NCBI GenBank assembly: GCA_029762535.1
Contig: JARVGK010000006.1
Location: 1-64,000, forward strand
Direction: 5' to 3'
DNA from: Thermoplasmatota archaeon
GTDB lineage: Archaea; Thermoplasmatota; Penumbrarchaeia; Penumbrarchaeales; Penumbrarchaeaceae
DNA: 64,000 bases
Shown here: piece by piece, positions 18,653-27,919 of the stretch
Position numbering within the stretch: position 1 is the stretch's first letter
Layout of the letters: each line of letters begins with the position of its first letter
Position numbers and translations under genes: made by a program
Notes under the pieces: model-generated
Database searches by the model: none
What the model was told of the DNA's origin: nothing
The model's input: the letters and a program-made list of their open reading frames with translations, nothing else

Positions 18653-18882
18653 ACGATCGATATTTAATCGTTTCCGACACAGATCAATATCATCACGACC
18701 GAGGAGTTCTCATTAAGGCGGAGGGGAAAAAATCAATTCCATCCTATTTTTGTTTAGATAATACTTATTTATATTTCAACGAATAACCTCTAATAATATA
18801 AGTAAATTATATATAGCTTAAATAACAACTATATATGGTCTTAGCGGATCGTAGGTCCAAGGGTCATCACCAGGAGATAAAG

Positions 18883-21090
18883 ATGTTAAAACTCATAGTC
18901 GTATCGAACCGGCTGCCCGTGAAGGTCAGGAAAAAGAAAAGCGGGATGGTCTTCGAGAAGGCGGTCGGAGGTCTCGCCTCTGGGCTGGGATCTTTCAGAG
19001 ATGCACATAAAATGCACTGGATCGGTTGGCCAGGGATCGCCAGGGAAAGATCGAATCGCTCAGAAAGGCATCATATAATCTCCGAACTTGCGAAGAAGAG
19101 AATGACACCCGTATTCCTGACCAAGAAGGAGGTCGACGATCACTATCACGGCTTTTGCAACAAGACCATATGGCCTCTCTTCCACTATTTCACGCAGTAT
19201 GCCGAATACGAACGCAGCTTCTACGATTCGTACAGGTCCGTTAACCGCTCCTTTATGGATGCTCTGAAAGAGGTATACAATAAAGGCGATCTTATCTGGG
19301 TACATGACTACCATCTCATGCTCCTGCCCCGAATGATAAGGGAGGAGTTAGATGACCCGAACATCGGATTCTTCCTACACATTCCCTTTCCCTCATACGA
19401 AGTGTTCCGACTCTTTCCATGGAAAAAGGACCTCATGAACGGACTGCTTGGTTCGGACCTGATAGGTTTCCACACGTACGATTATGTGAACCATTTCCTA
19501 AAGAGCGCAAGGCGCATATTGGGGAACGAACACGAACTTGGCATGATCGAATGTCGTTCACATTACTGCAAGGTCGATGCCTTTCCGATGGGAATAGACT
19601 TCCAAAGGTTCACAACCGCCTCGAAAAGTCCATCCGTAAAACGCGAACAAAAGATCGTTCGTAATTCTGTCGGTGACAGAAGGATCATATTATCCATCGA
19701 TAGGCTGGATTATACCAAAGGAATACTCTCAAGGCTCGAGTCCTATGACAGGTTCCTTGAGACCCATCCGGAATTCCAGGAAAAGGTCGCAATGATCCTG
19801 ATCGCTGTACCTTCAAGAGCTGAGGTGGATAGATACGAGCAGTTGAAATGTGAACTTGACATGAAGGTGGGGAATGTCCAAGGCAAATACGCAAGAATAG
19901 GATGGGACCCCGTCTCTTACATTAACCGGTTTATTACGTACGACAGGCTCATGGCCTTGTACACCTCCGCTGACATTTGCCTTGTGACCCCACTTAGAGA
20001 CGGCATGAACCTGATAGCGAAGGAATATGTGGCATCCAGAAATGATGAAAAAGGTATGTTGGTCCTTAGTGAAATGGCGGGCTCCGCACAGGAGATGGGC
20101 GAGGCCCTCATCGTCAACCCGAACGATCATGATGAGGTGGCCAATGCGATCTTTGTTGCGCTCACAATGTCTGAAGATGAGATGAGGGATCGCAACAGGT
20201 CAATGCGCCGCAGGTTGATGAGATACGATATCAGGAAATGGGGAGAGGACTTCATCAGAGAAATGGAAGTTGTAAAGAAACATAACAAGGTAGCCCTCTC
20301 AAAAAGATTGTCACCAGAGATAAGAGATGGGATCATCGACGAATTCCGAAAAAAGGACAGAAGGCTGATACTACTTGATTATGACGGGACGCTCCTTCCC
20401 TTGCATCCCAGGCCTGATCAGGCAGGTCCCGATGATGAGATACTTGGAATACTTGGATCATTGACCTCGGACATCAGGAACAGGGTAGTCATCGTTTCCG
20501 GCAGGGACCGCAAGACCATGGATGATTGGCTTGGACATCTGGATTTGGGGATATGTGCGGAACATGGTGTGTGGTCAAGGGAGCATGGAATGGATTGGAC
20601 AATGCTTGAACCCATAGATTCACCCTGGAAGGATACTGTTCGCAGCCTACTTGAAGTATACTCCGACCGGACCCCAGGCTCGATCTTGGAGGAGAAGGAC
20701 CATTCCATCGCCTGGCATTACCGAAACTCGAATCCCGAGATCGCTTCGCTGAGGACGAAAGAGCTTATCGGCGATCTCTTCGAACTGACCACCAATCAGG
20801 ATGTTGCGATATTGGAAGGAGACAAGGTCATAGAGGTGAAGAGCCGCGGTATCAACAAAGGGAGAGGAGTGTTGAGATTTCTCAATGAAGAACAATGGAA
20901 ATACATCATCGCTTTGGGCGATGATGTCACTGACGAGGATGTCTTCCAGGTTCTTCCCGAAGGGGCCTGCTCTATAAAAGTGGGTCTCAAGCCCAGCCGA
21001 GCGAGATATTCTATCGATTCGGTCAATGAGGTCAGGGAACTTCTAAAATGTTTCGTGGATGCCCCCAAAGACAACGAAAAGGTGTTATGA
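18883..21090 (+). CDS. Bifunctional trehalose-6-phosphate synthase/phosphatase (TPSP, OtsA-OtsB fusion)
   Basis: VSNRLP, WVHDYHL, FFLHIPFP, DRLDYTKG and DGMNL in the GT20 domain; DYDGTL and GDDVTDED in the HAD domain. SD AGGAG precedes ATG 18883. Confidence 0.95.
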   Translation: MLKLIVVSNRLPVKVRKKKSGMVFEKAVGGLASGLGSFRDAHKMHWIGWPGIARERSNRSERHHIISELAKKRMTPVFLTKKEVDDHYHGFCNKTIWPLFHYFTQYAEYERSFYDSYRSVNRSFMDALKEVYNKGDLIWVHDYHLMLLPRMIREELDDPNIGFFLHIPFPSYEVFRLFPWKKDLMNGLLGSDLIGFHTYDYVNHFLKSARRILGNEHELGMIECRSHYCKVDAFPMGIDFQRFTTASKSPSVKREQKIVRNSVGDRRIILSIDRLDYTKGILSRLESYDRFLETHPEFQEKVAMILIAVPSRAEVDRYEQLKCELDMKVGNVQGKYARIGWDPVSYINRFITYDRLMALYTSADICLVTPLRDGMNLIAKEYVASRNDEKGMLVLSEMAGSAQEMGEALIVNPNDHDEVANAIFVALTMSEDEMRDRNRSMRRRLMRYDIRKWGEDFIREMEVVKKHNKVALSKRLSPEIRDGIIDEFRKKDRRLILLDYDGTLLPLHPRPDQAGPDDEILGILGSLTSDIRNRVVIVSGRDRKTMDDWLGHLDLGICAEHGVWSREHGMDWTMLEPIDSPWKDTVRSLLEVYSDRTPGSILEEKDHSIAWHYRNSNPEIASLRTKELIGDLFELTTNQDVAILEGDKVIEVKSRGINKGRGVLRFLNEEQWKYIIALGDDVTDEDVFQVLPEGACSIKVGLKPSRARYSIDSVNEVRELLKCFVDAPKDNEKVL

Positions 21091-22307
21091 TGGTAAGATT
21101 GGATGATTATATGGATATAGTTGATGATAGAACGATCGCCGAGATCTATCAAAAGGCGATGCCATTGATCGGAACGGACCTGGTTCACATAAATTCCACC
21201 TATTATGGTGGAGGGGTGGCGGAGATATTGAAGGCTCTCGTTCCTTTAATGAACGATGTCGGTCTGGATGCTGGTTGGAGGGTCCTTCACGGTTATCCGG
21301 AGTTCTTCGGCATTACAAAATCGTTCCACAATGCCCTTCAGGGGGAGGCGGATATAGATCTATCCCCTGTTACAACTACCATTTATTCGGAGACGAATAA
21401 GGAATTCTCGATCTACACACATCTCAACCACGACTTCGTGATTATCCATGACCCGCAGCCTTTGCCTTTGATCAAGTACAACAGGAAAAAACAGCCCTGG
21501 TTCTGGAGATGCCATATAGACCTCTCGAACCCACACGATGGACTATGGAGAATGCTTCGAAGATATATCATCAGATATGATGAGGTCATAGTCTCGAATG
21601 ACTCCTACAAGAATCCGGACCTTCCCATCTCACAGACGATCATCTTCCCGGCGATAGATCCCCTTTCCCCAAAGAACATAGATCTGACGGATGACGAGGT
21701 GGATTCCGAGATGGATAGGATGGGGATTGGAATGGATAAACCTATCGTAACACAAATTTCTAGGTTCGATAAATGGAAAGACCCTTTAGGGGTGATCGAC
21801 ATTTACCTGAAGGTCAAACAAAGGGTGGACTGCAGGCTCATACTGTGTGGTTCGATGGCCTCCGACGATCCGGAAGGATACCGAATATACGATGCGGTCA
21901 AGGAAAAGGCCGCACAGCATATCGAGAGAGGGGACATATCCATAATCGTCAATGAGAAGGCCACTGCGGTCAACGCCCTTCAAAGAAGGTCCGACGTTGT
22001 GCTGCAGAAATCCCTCAAGGAAGGGTTCGGCCTCACCGCGACCGAGGCCATGTGGAAAGGTACTCCTGTGATCGCTTCGAAGGTCGGAGGTCTATCCATT
22101 CAGATCGAGGACGGGGAGAACGGGTGTCTTCTGGCCCCGCACGATATGGACGGTTTCGTGGACCGGACCGTGAAGCTTTTGAGGGACGATGAAATTCGAA
22201 GCCGTATGGGTGAGAAAGCCAGGGAGACGGTCCGAAAAAGATTCCTGATACCCCGTCTTCTCCTTGATTATCTGAACCTGTTGGGTAAGCATGTGAACAA
22301 AGGTTGA
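21087..22307 (+). CDS. treT: TreT-like trehalose glycosyltransferring synthase (GT4)
   Basis: HINST..GGGVAEIL, HDPQP, WRCHID, SRFDKWKD and EGFGLT..EAMWK. Overlaps the TPSP stop. Confidence 0.8.
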   Translation: MMVRLDDYMDIVDDRTIAEIYQKAMPLIGTDLVHINSTYYGGGVAEILKALVPLMNDVGLDAGWRVLHGYPEFFGITKSFHNALQGEADIDLSPVTTTIYSETNKEFSIYTHLNHDFVIIHDPQPLPLIKYNRKKQPWFWRCHIDLSNPHDGLWRMLRRYIIRYDEVIVSNDSYKNPDLPISQTIIFPAIDPLSPKNIDLTDDEVDSEMDRMGIGMDKPIVTQISRFDKWKDPLGVIDIYLKVKQRVDCRLILCGSMASDDPEGYRIYDAVKEKAAQHIERGDISIIVNEKATAVNALQRRSDVVLQKSLKEGFGLTATEAMWKGTPVIASKVGGLSIQIEDGENGCLLAPHDMDGFVDRTVKLLRDDEIRSRMGEKARETVRKRFLIPRLLLDYLNLLGKHVNKG

Positions 22308-23279
22308 TCATTTGTTGTCCTTCGCCCTTTCGAGGTCGGTAAGTATAGTATTCAATTTTTCCAGGAAACGCCATGCGATGATAAGTGTCGCTACTTCGGT
22401 TGGGGTAACGTGACCCCCTTTTCTCTTATTGCTTTCATCCTTTTCGATCCCGGTAAAATCCGATATTCGGTCCCTTATCGCGAATAAGCTGGCCTGGCTC
22501 ATCAGACCGTCCACCGTCAATACGTTGCATGGTTTTCCATAGTAATGGTCCGTCCCGAACTCCAGGGAGAAGTATCCTGTGGAGTTCGTGATCAGATCCG
22601 ACATGTCGAAATTGAGGTCGATGTGCTCAACGGGCATGTCCGTCGATCTCATGATGAGCTTGACCTGCGGTCGAATAATATTATCATCGGAGTATCTCGA
22701 AGGCATTATGCGAACGACGATCTCCGCCCATATCTTTTGAATATCAATGAACTGCTTGAACAACGGTTCTCTGTCCAGTATCTCATTGAAGGCGTCCGAG
22801 CTGTCATGTCCGCGCTTCTCTACGTCCCTTTTCATCTTCCATTTCCATTTCACATCCCTTACAGGGTCGACGAATATCGAGAAATCCATCAGTTCCCTCA
22901 GCTCCTTAGTGTAGAGGGGATGGAGCCCTTCGACTATGATGACCCTCGTTGGTGAGAATACCTCTCTCGGTGCGAACCTGCCGGTGGAATGATCGTATAT
23001 GGGTTTTATGATCTCCTTTCCAGACCTCAACTCGGATATGTGCTCCGCCATCAATTCGAGATCATTGTATCTAGGGTCCAACGGAAGATGGCCGGTTCTT
23101 TTTCGCGTCTCCCGGTCCTCGATGTGATAGTCGTCAAGGGATATGCTGGATACCATGTCCTGGCCAAGAATTTCCGTTATCCCTTTGGAGAATGTCGTCT
23201 TACCGGAGCCGGAATCCCCTCCTATACCTACAATAATATGTGCATCGAGCTTATCGAGCCTTTCTTTTATGCTTTCCAT
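22308..23279 (-). CDS. prk: Phosphoribulokinase
   Basis: GIGGDSGSGKTT P-loop, LDDYH..DR..R, KPIYDHSTG, EGLHPLY and RD...RGH; 323 aa with a PRK-length C-terminus. Confidence 0.8.
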   Translation of the reverse strand: MESIKERLDKLDAHIIVGIGGDSGSGKTTFSKGITEILGQDMVSSISLDDYHIEDRETRKRTGHLPLDPRYNDLELMAEHISELRSGKEIIKPIYDHSTGRFAPREVFSPTRVIIVEGLHPLYTKELRELMDFSIFVDPVRDVKWKWKMKRDVEKRGHDSSDAFNEILDREPLFKQFIDIQKIWAEIVVRIMPSRYSDDNIIRPQVKLIMRSTDMPVEHIDLNFDMSDLITNSTGYFSLEFGTDHYYGKPCNVLTVDGLMSQASLFAIRDRISDFTGIEKDESNKRKGGHVTPTEVATLIIAWRFLEKLNTILTDLERAKDNK

Positions 23280-23435
23280 TTTATCACCTATATATTCTAT
23301 CCTCTATCATTCATATAGGTTTCTATAGGATCGAATATGCCAAGCGAACTCCAGGTACAAATCTCAATATAAGTAGATCGCAATACCATGACGTTTAAAT
23401 ATTCATGGGGCCTCTATGTGTCCCGGGGCACTTCC

Positions 23436-24164
23436 ATGAAGGACGCGATCTACCGCGGATACGCGGGACTGTTCATCGCCATGGCGCTTATCGCCCTGTG
23501 GTCGGCGAGCCTTGTCCTTCTTCTTCTGTGGGATCTCAAGGACGGCCCCTACTATCTCATACCCGTTGCGATGGCGTGGATGACCTTCCTGTATACCGGG
23601 CTCTTCATAACCGCCCACGATGCCATGCACAACAACGTCGTCCATGGGAAAAGGAAGCTCAACGATATCGTGGGCGGGATCTCCCTTTTCCTCTACGCGG
23701 CATTCGATATGTCCCATCTCAAGGACAAGCACATGGCCCACCACCGATCCCCGGCGACAGAGGACGATCCCGACTATTATAAAGGCGGCAGGTCGGATCC
23801 CTTCAGATGGTATATTAAGTTCATGGGCAATTACCTCTCCTTCTTCCAGCTTTTCAGGATGTCGATCATATTCATCCTGCTCCTGCTCGTTCTTAGGGTC
23901 CACATAGCCAACATCCTGCTCTTCTGGATCGCTCCGGCGTTCTTGAGCACGTTCCAGCTCTTCTACTTCGGGACCTACCTCCCCCATAAAGAACCTAAAG
24001 GAGGGTATGATAACGAACACAGGGCATCCAGCTCGAAGCTTCCGACTTTTTTGACCTTTCTCGCGTGCTACAACTTCGGGATCCACCGCGAGCATCACGA
24101 GATGCCATACGTCCCCTGGTGGAGGCTTCCCCGCTTCAGATACGGGAAAGAGGCGAAAAGTTAA
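23436..24164 (+). CDS. crtW: CrtW-like beta-carotene ketolase / membrane di-iron desaturase family
   Basis: TGLFITAHDAMH, H.AHH..P....DPDY, QLFYFGTYLPH and CY.FG.H.EHH..P..PWW.LP. Confidence 0.75.
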   Translation: MKDAIYRGYAGLFIAMALIALWSASLVLLLLWDLKDGPYYLIPVAMAWMTFLYTGLFITAHDAMHNNVVHGKRKLNDIVGGISLFLYAAFDMSHLKDKHMAHHRSPATEDDPDYYKGGRSDPFRWYIKFMGNYLSFFQLFRMSIIFILLLLVLRVHIANILLFWIAPAFLSTFQLFYFGTYLPHKEPKGGYDNEHRASSSKLPTFLTFLACYNFGIHREHHEMPYVPWWRLPRFRYGKEAKS

Positions 24165-24202
24165 AACTATGTAATGTGCAATATACTTTCGGGGGTGCTA
24201 GA

Positions 24203-24619
24203 ACGGGTTCCATCGAGGAGATCGCCGAGAAGGTCGAGAAGATAAACGTTCCCAGGATCATGAGGAGGCGCTACGGGGACAGGGAAAAGTCCCTCAAGCA
24301 GAAAAAGGAGATCCAGACCGCTATAAAGCGCCTCAGGTTACTGAGAAAAAAAGCGCATGCCATCCACAAGGAACTGGTGCGATCCTACAAGCACAAGGTG
24401 GATAACCCCGAGTTCAAGGAGAAGCTCTTGGGAGGTATAACGGACAAGTTCTTCACGCCCGAGGGATCCCCCAAATTCGAGAAGAGGAGGGAGGATAAGC
24501 TCATGTCCGAGAAGAAGGAGCGGATCGATGCGATATACAAATTGAAGGCGTCGATCGATAAGGACATTGAGAAGCTGATCCTGAAGAGAAAGAGGATCGA
24601 AGCCTCGCTGAAGGATTGA
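24203..24619 (+). CDS. Lys-rich coiled-coil hypothetical protein (start uncertain)
   Basis: Fills the intergenic space with host-like codon usage. The best SD (GGGGTG) precedes an ACG at 24203; alternative GTG at 24176. Confidence 0.6.
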   Translation, partial: TGSIEEIAEKVEKINVPRIMRRRYGDREKSLKQKKEIQTAIKRLRLLRKKAHAIHKELVRSYKHKVDNPEFKEKLLGGITDKFFTPEGSPKFEKRREDKLMSEKKERIDAIYKLKASIDKDIEKLILKRKRIEASLKD

Positions 24620-24671
24620 GCGTTCACCATTCAGGTCCAACCATTTTATATGGGCCGATCCTTCAAGGCAC

Positions 24672-25136
24672 ATGGACCAAAGCAGGTTTTTCCCAAAGAT
24701 CGCTGCCAGGACGCTTTCGGGCAGGGAGATATCCTTCCCCGATGAGGCCTCGGGCAAGCTATCCCTTATCGCGGTCGCATTCGTGAGGGGGGCTCAAAGC
24801 CAGCTTGATTCCTGGACCGAGCCGTTCGAGAGGGCGTGTAGTGAGGATGGAGTATATGAAATACCTATGATACAGGGAAAAGTATGGAGCGTCCTATCAG
24901 GCTTCATCGACGGCGGCATGAGATCGGGGATCCCCGAATGGAAGCACGACAGCGTCGCCACCTATTACGGGGACACCTCCTCCTTCCGAAAGGAAATGGG
25001 AATAGAAGACATGAGCAAGGGATACGTCTTTTTGCTGGATCACGAGGGCAATATCATCTACCGGGGCAGCGGGACGGCAGATGAGGAGGGGATTAAACAA
25101 ATGCTCGAGGCGGCAGGGAACAGCTGCGATCCGTGA
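24672..25136 (+). CDS. ATP10-like / thioredoxin-fold protein
   Basis: FP.I.ARTLSG.EI.FP....GK..LI.VAF....Q..LDSW and YVFLLD.EG.I.Y.G.G.A; no CxxC. Confidence 0.6.
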   Translation: MDQSRFFPKIAARTLSGREISFPDEASGKLSLIAVAFVRGAQSQLDSWTEPFERACSEDGVYEIPMIQGKVWSVLSGFIDGGMRSGIPEWKHDSVATYYGDTSSFRKEMGIEDMSKGYVFLLDHEGNIIYRGSGTADEEGIKQMLEAAGNSCDP

Positions 25137-25176
25137 TCGAACCATGTTCTAGCAATGATTATTATCCGGTCGGGAC

Positions 25177-27918
25177 ATGACCTGGATAATAAAAGTGATC
25201 CCCTTGAAGTCTGCATCGAGATGGAGTTCGCCACTTGTAGATGAAGTGATGAAGGACCTCGCCTCCTCCCGCGAAGGCCTCTCATCAGAAGAGGCCTCCG
25301 GCAGACTGAAGAAGCACGGCCACAATGAGATCAAGTTCAAAAGGAGGGGGCCTGTACTACGCCTCCTCGCCCAGTTCAACAACCCGCTCCTTATAGTGCT
25401 CATCATAGCCGCTCTCGCCTGCCTTATCCTCTGGCTGTTCATGGGCGAGGAGGAGATCGTCCTTGACATGTGGGTCATCATAGGCGTGGTGATCGCAACC
25501 GCCATCATAGGATTCGTCCAGGAGGGCAAGGCCGAATCGGCGATCAACGCTCTCAGGGACATGATGGTCCACAAATGCAGCGTTAGAAGAGAAGGGTCGC
25601 GCAAGGAGATCCCCGCCAGGGACCTGGTCCCCGGGGACATCGTACTTTTGGAGACCGGGGACAAGGTACCCTCCGACCTCAGGCTCTTGTCCTCGAGCAA
25701 CCTCTACGTCGACGAATCCATGCTCACGGGGGAATCCATGCCCGTACCCAAGGACATAAAGGAGACCGGGGACGAGCTTTTCAACATCGCCTTCAGCGGC
25801 ACCTTCGTGACGGGGGGCAGGGGCGAGGGCGTGGTCTTCGCCACAGGTGAGGATACCGAACTGGGAAAGATAGCGGGCATGATCAAGTCATCCGCACACA
25901 CCAAACCGCCGATAATGAAGAAGATCTCCTCCTTCGTCAAGGTCCTCATCGCTACGATCATAGCCTTCGGACTCCTCATGTTCCTCTTCGGCGTGTTCCT
26001 CTGGAACTATGACGCGGTCTACATGTTCCTTGCCATGATAGGCATCATGGTGGCGATGATGCCCGAGGGGCTCGCTGGCGCCGTTATCGCGGCCTTCGCC
26101 ATGGGATCGACCTTCATGGCCAGGAAGAACGCCATAGTCAGGAACCTTCCCGCCGCCGAGACGTTGGGCTCCGTCACCGTGATATGCTCGGACAAGACAG
26201 GAACGCTCACCCGCAACGAGATGACGGTGCAGAGGATCTATTCCGGCATGAGGAACTATACTGTGGAGGGGATCGGTTACGAACCAAGCGGAAATATACT
26301 GGATGAGAACAATGCCGAGGTAAAGGAGCCCGCACCTGAGCTGGAAAGAACGCTTCTAACAGGATATCTATGCAACAACGCGGGGATAGAGAAGGATGGG
26401 GACAGGTACGTCGCCAAGGGGAGCAATACCGAGGCGGCCCTGATCGTCTCGGCCATAAAGGGAGGCTGTAAAGGCGATCACGAACGAATAAAGGAGATCC
26501 CGTTCGAGGCGAAATATCAATACATGGCGACCCTGAACGATGTGGATGATGGAAAAGTCCTTCTGGTCAAGGGATCCCCCGAGAGGGTGATAGAGGCATG
26601 CGATTCCATGATGGTCGAAGGAAGGATCGTCCCCTTGGAAAAGGATGCGATCGTCCATGCAATGGGGAAAATGGCCTCCGATGCATTGAGGGTCCTGGCC
26701 TTCGCTTACAAGGAGATGCCCAAGGACAGGAAGGACATCGGCAGGGAGGATGTTTCTGGATTGGTCTTCATCGGAATGCAGGGCATGATAGACCCCCCCA
26801 GACAGGAGGCACTGGAGGCGATCACCAAATGCGGCACCGCCGGGATCCGGACCGTGATGATCACGGGTGACCATGCTCTCACCGCGAGCGCCATCGCTCG
26901 AAAGCTCTCCATTCTGGATGATTCCGGCAAGGTCCTCACAGGTAGGGACCTCTCCGAGATGACGGATGACGAACTCCACGACGTTGTGGACGAGGTCAGC
27001 GTCTATGCCCGGGTGGAGCCTGAGCACAAGTTCAGGATCACCAAACAGCTTCAGAGGAAGGGGCACATCGTCGCAATGACGGGGGACGGCGTCAACGACG
27101 CCCCGGCTCTAAAAGCGGCGGACATAGGGGTCGCCATGGGCAGGTCGGGGACCGAGGTGACCAAGGAGGCTTCCGACATCATCCTGACCGACGACAACTT
27201 CGCGACCATCGTCGATGCGGTGAAGGAGGGCAGGCACGTATACGACATGATCTGGAGGGTGATACTCTACCTGCTTCCAACGAACGGAGGACAGGGTTTC
27301 GCCATCGCAGGGGCGCTCCTTCTATCCTCTTTTATACCTGTCTTCAAGGAAAGCCTTCCCATCGAGCCCGTGCAGATACTCTGGGTCAACCTGGTCATCG
27401 CCATCGCCTGCGCAATACCTCTGATATGGGAGCCTCCGGAAAAAGGGCTTCTAAATAGGCCCCCGAGGGATCCCAAGGAGAGGCTGTTCAACAGGTTCTT
27501 CATGATCAGGGTGGGCATGGTGTCCCTCATCGAGGTCGTCATGATATTCATTATGTTCCTGACCTTCTACAGGATGAACGGAAACGAATCGTCTCTTCTC
27601 CCGCAGGCCCAGACCCTGGCCTTCACAACCATAATCATGATCGAGGTGGGATATCTCTTCACGGCGAGATCCCTCAAGGACAGCGCCTTCAGGATCAACC
27701 CTTTCCGCAACAGATGGTTGATACTTGGCGCGGCCTTGACCATCGCCCTACAGCTGCTCCTTGTCTATTCCGGACCGTTATTCGGTATCAGCCCCTTCAG
27801 GACGGAGCCTTTCCCGGCGATATGGTGGATCCCACTTGTTGTGGTATCGACGTCGAGCTTCTTCGCCGTAGAAGCGGAGAAGTTGATCAGAAGGAGGTTG
27901 GCCAGGAAGGGAGAATGA
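25177..27918 (+). CDS. P-type cation-transporting ATPase (type II-like)
   Basis: TGES, PEGL, CSDKTGTLT, MITGD and MTGDGVNDAP motifs. The start may be the TTG at 25204. Confidence 0.95.
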   Translation: MTWIIKVIPLKSASRWSSPLVDEVMKDLASSREGLSSEEASGRLKKHGHNEIKFKRRGPVLRLLAQFNNPLLIVLIIAALACLILWLFMGEEEIVLDMWVIIGVVIATAIIGFVQEGKAESAINALRDMMVHKCSVRREGSRKEIPARDLVPGDIVLLETGDKVPSDLRLLSSSNLYVDESMLTGESMPVPKDIKETGDELFNIAFSGTFVTGGRGEGVVFATGEDTELGKIAGMIKSSAHTKPPIMKKISSFVKVLIATIIAFGLLMFLFGVFLWNYDAVYMFLAMIGIMVAMMPEGLAGAVIAAFAMGSTFMARKNAIVRNLPAAETLGSVTVICSDKTGTLTRNEMTVQRIYSGMRNYTVEGIGYEPSGNILDENNAEVKEPAPELERTLLTGYLCNNAGIEKDGDRYVAKGSNTEAALIVSAIKGGCKGDHERIKEIPFEAKYQYMATLNDVDDGKVLLVKGSPERVIEACDSMMVEGRIVPLEKDAIVHAMGKMASDALRVLAFAYKEMPKDRKDIGREDVSGLVFIGMQGMIDPPRQEALEAITKCGTAGIRTVMITGDHALTASAIARKLSILDDSGKVLTGRDLSEMTDDELHDVVDEVSVYARVEPEHKFRITKQLQRKGHIVAMTGDGVNDAPALKAADIGVAMGRSGTEVTKEASDIILTDDNFATIVDAVKEGRHVYDMIWRVILYLLPTNGGQGFAIAGALLLSSFIPVFKESLPIEPVQILWVNLVIAIACAIPLIWEPPEKGLLNRPPRDPKERLFNRFFMIRVGMVSLIEVVMIFIMFLTFYRMNGNESSLLPQAQTLAFTTIIMIEVGYLFTARSLKDSAFRINPFRNRWLILGAALTIALQLLLVYSGPLFGISPFRTEPFPAIWWIPLVVVSTSSFFAVEAEKLIRRRLARKGE

Positions 27919-27919
27919 T

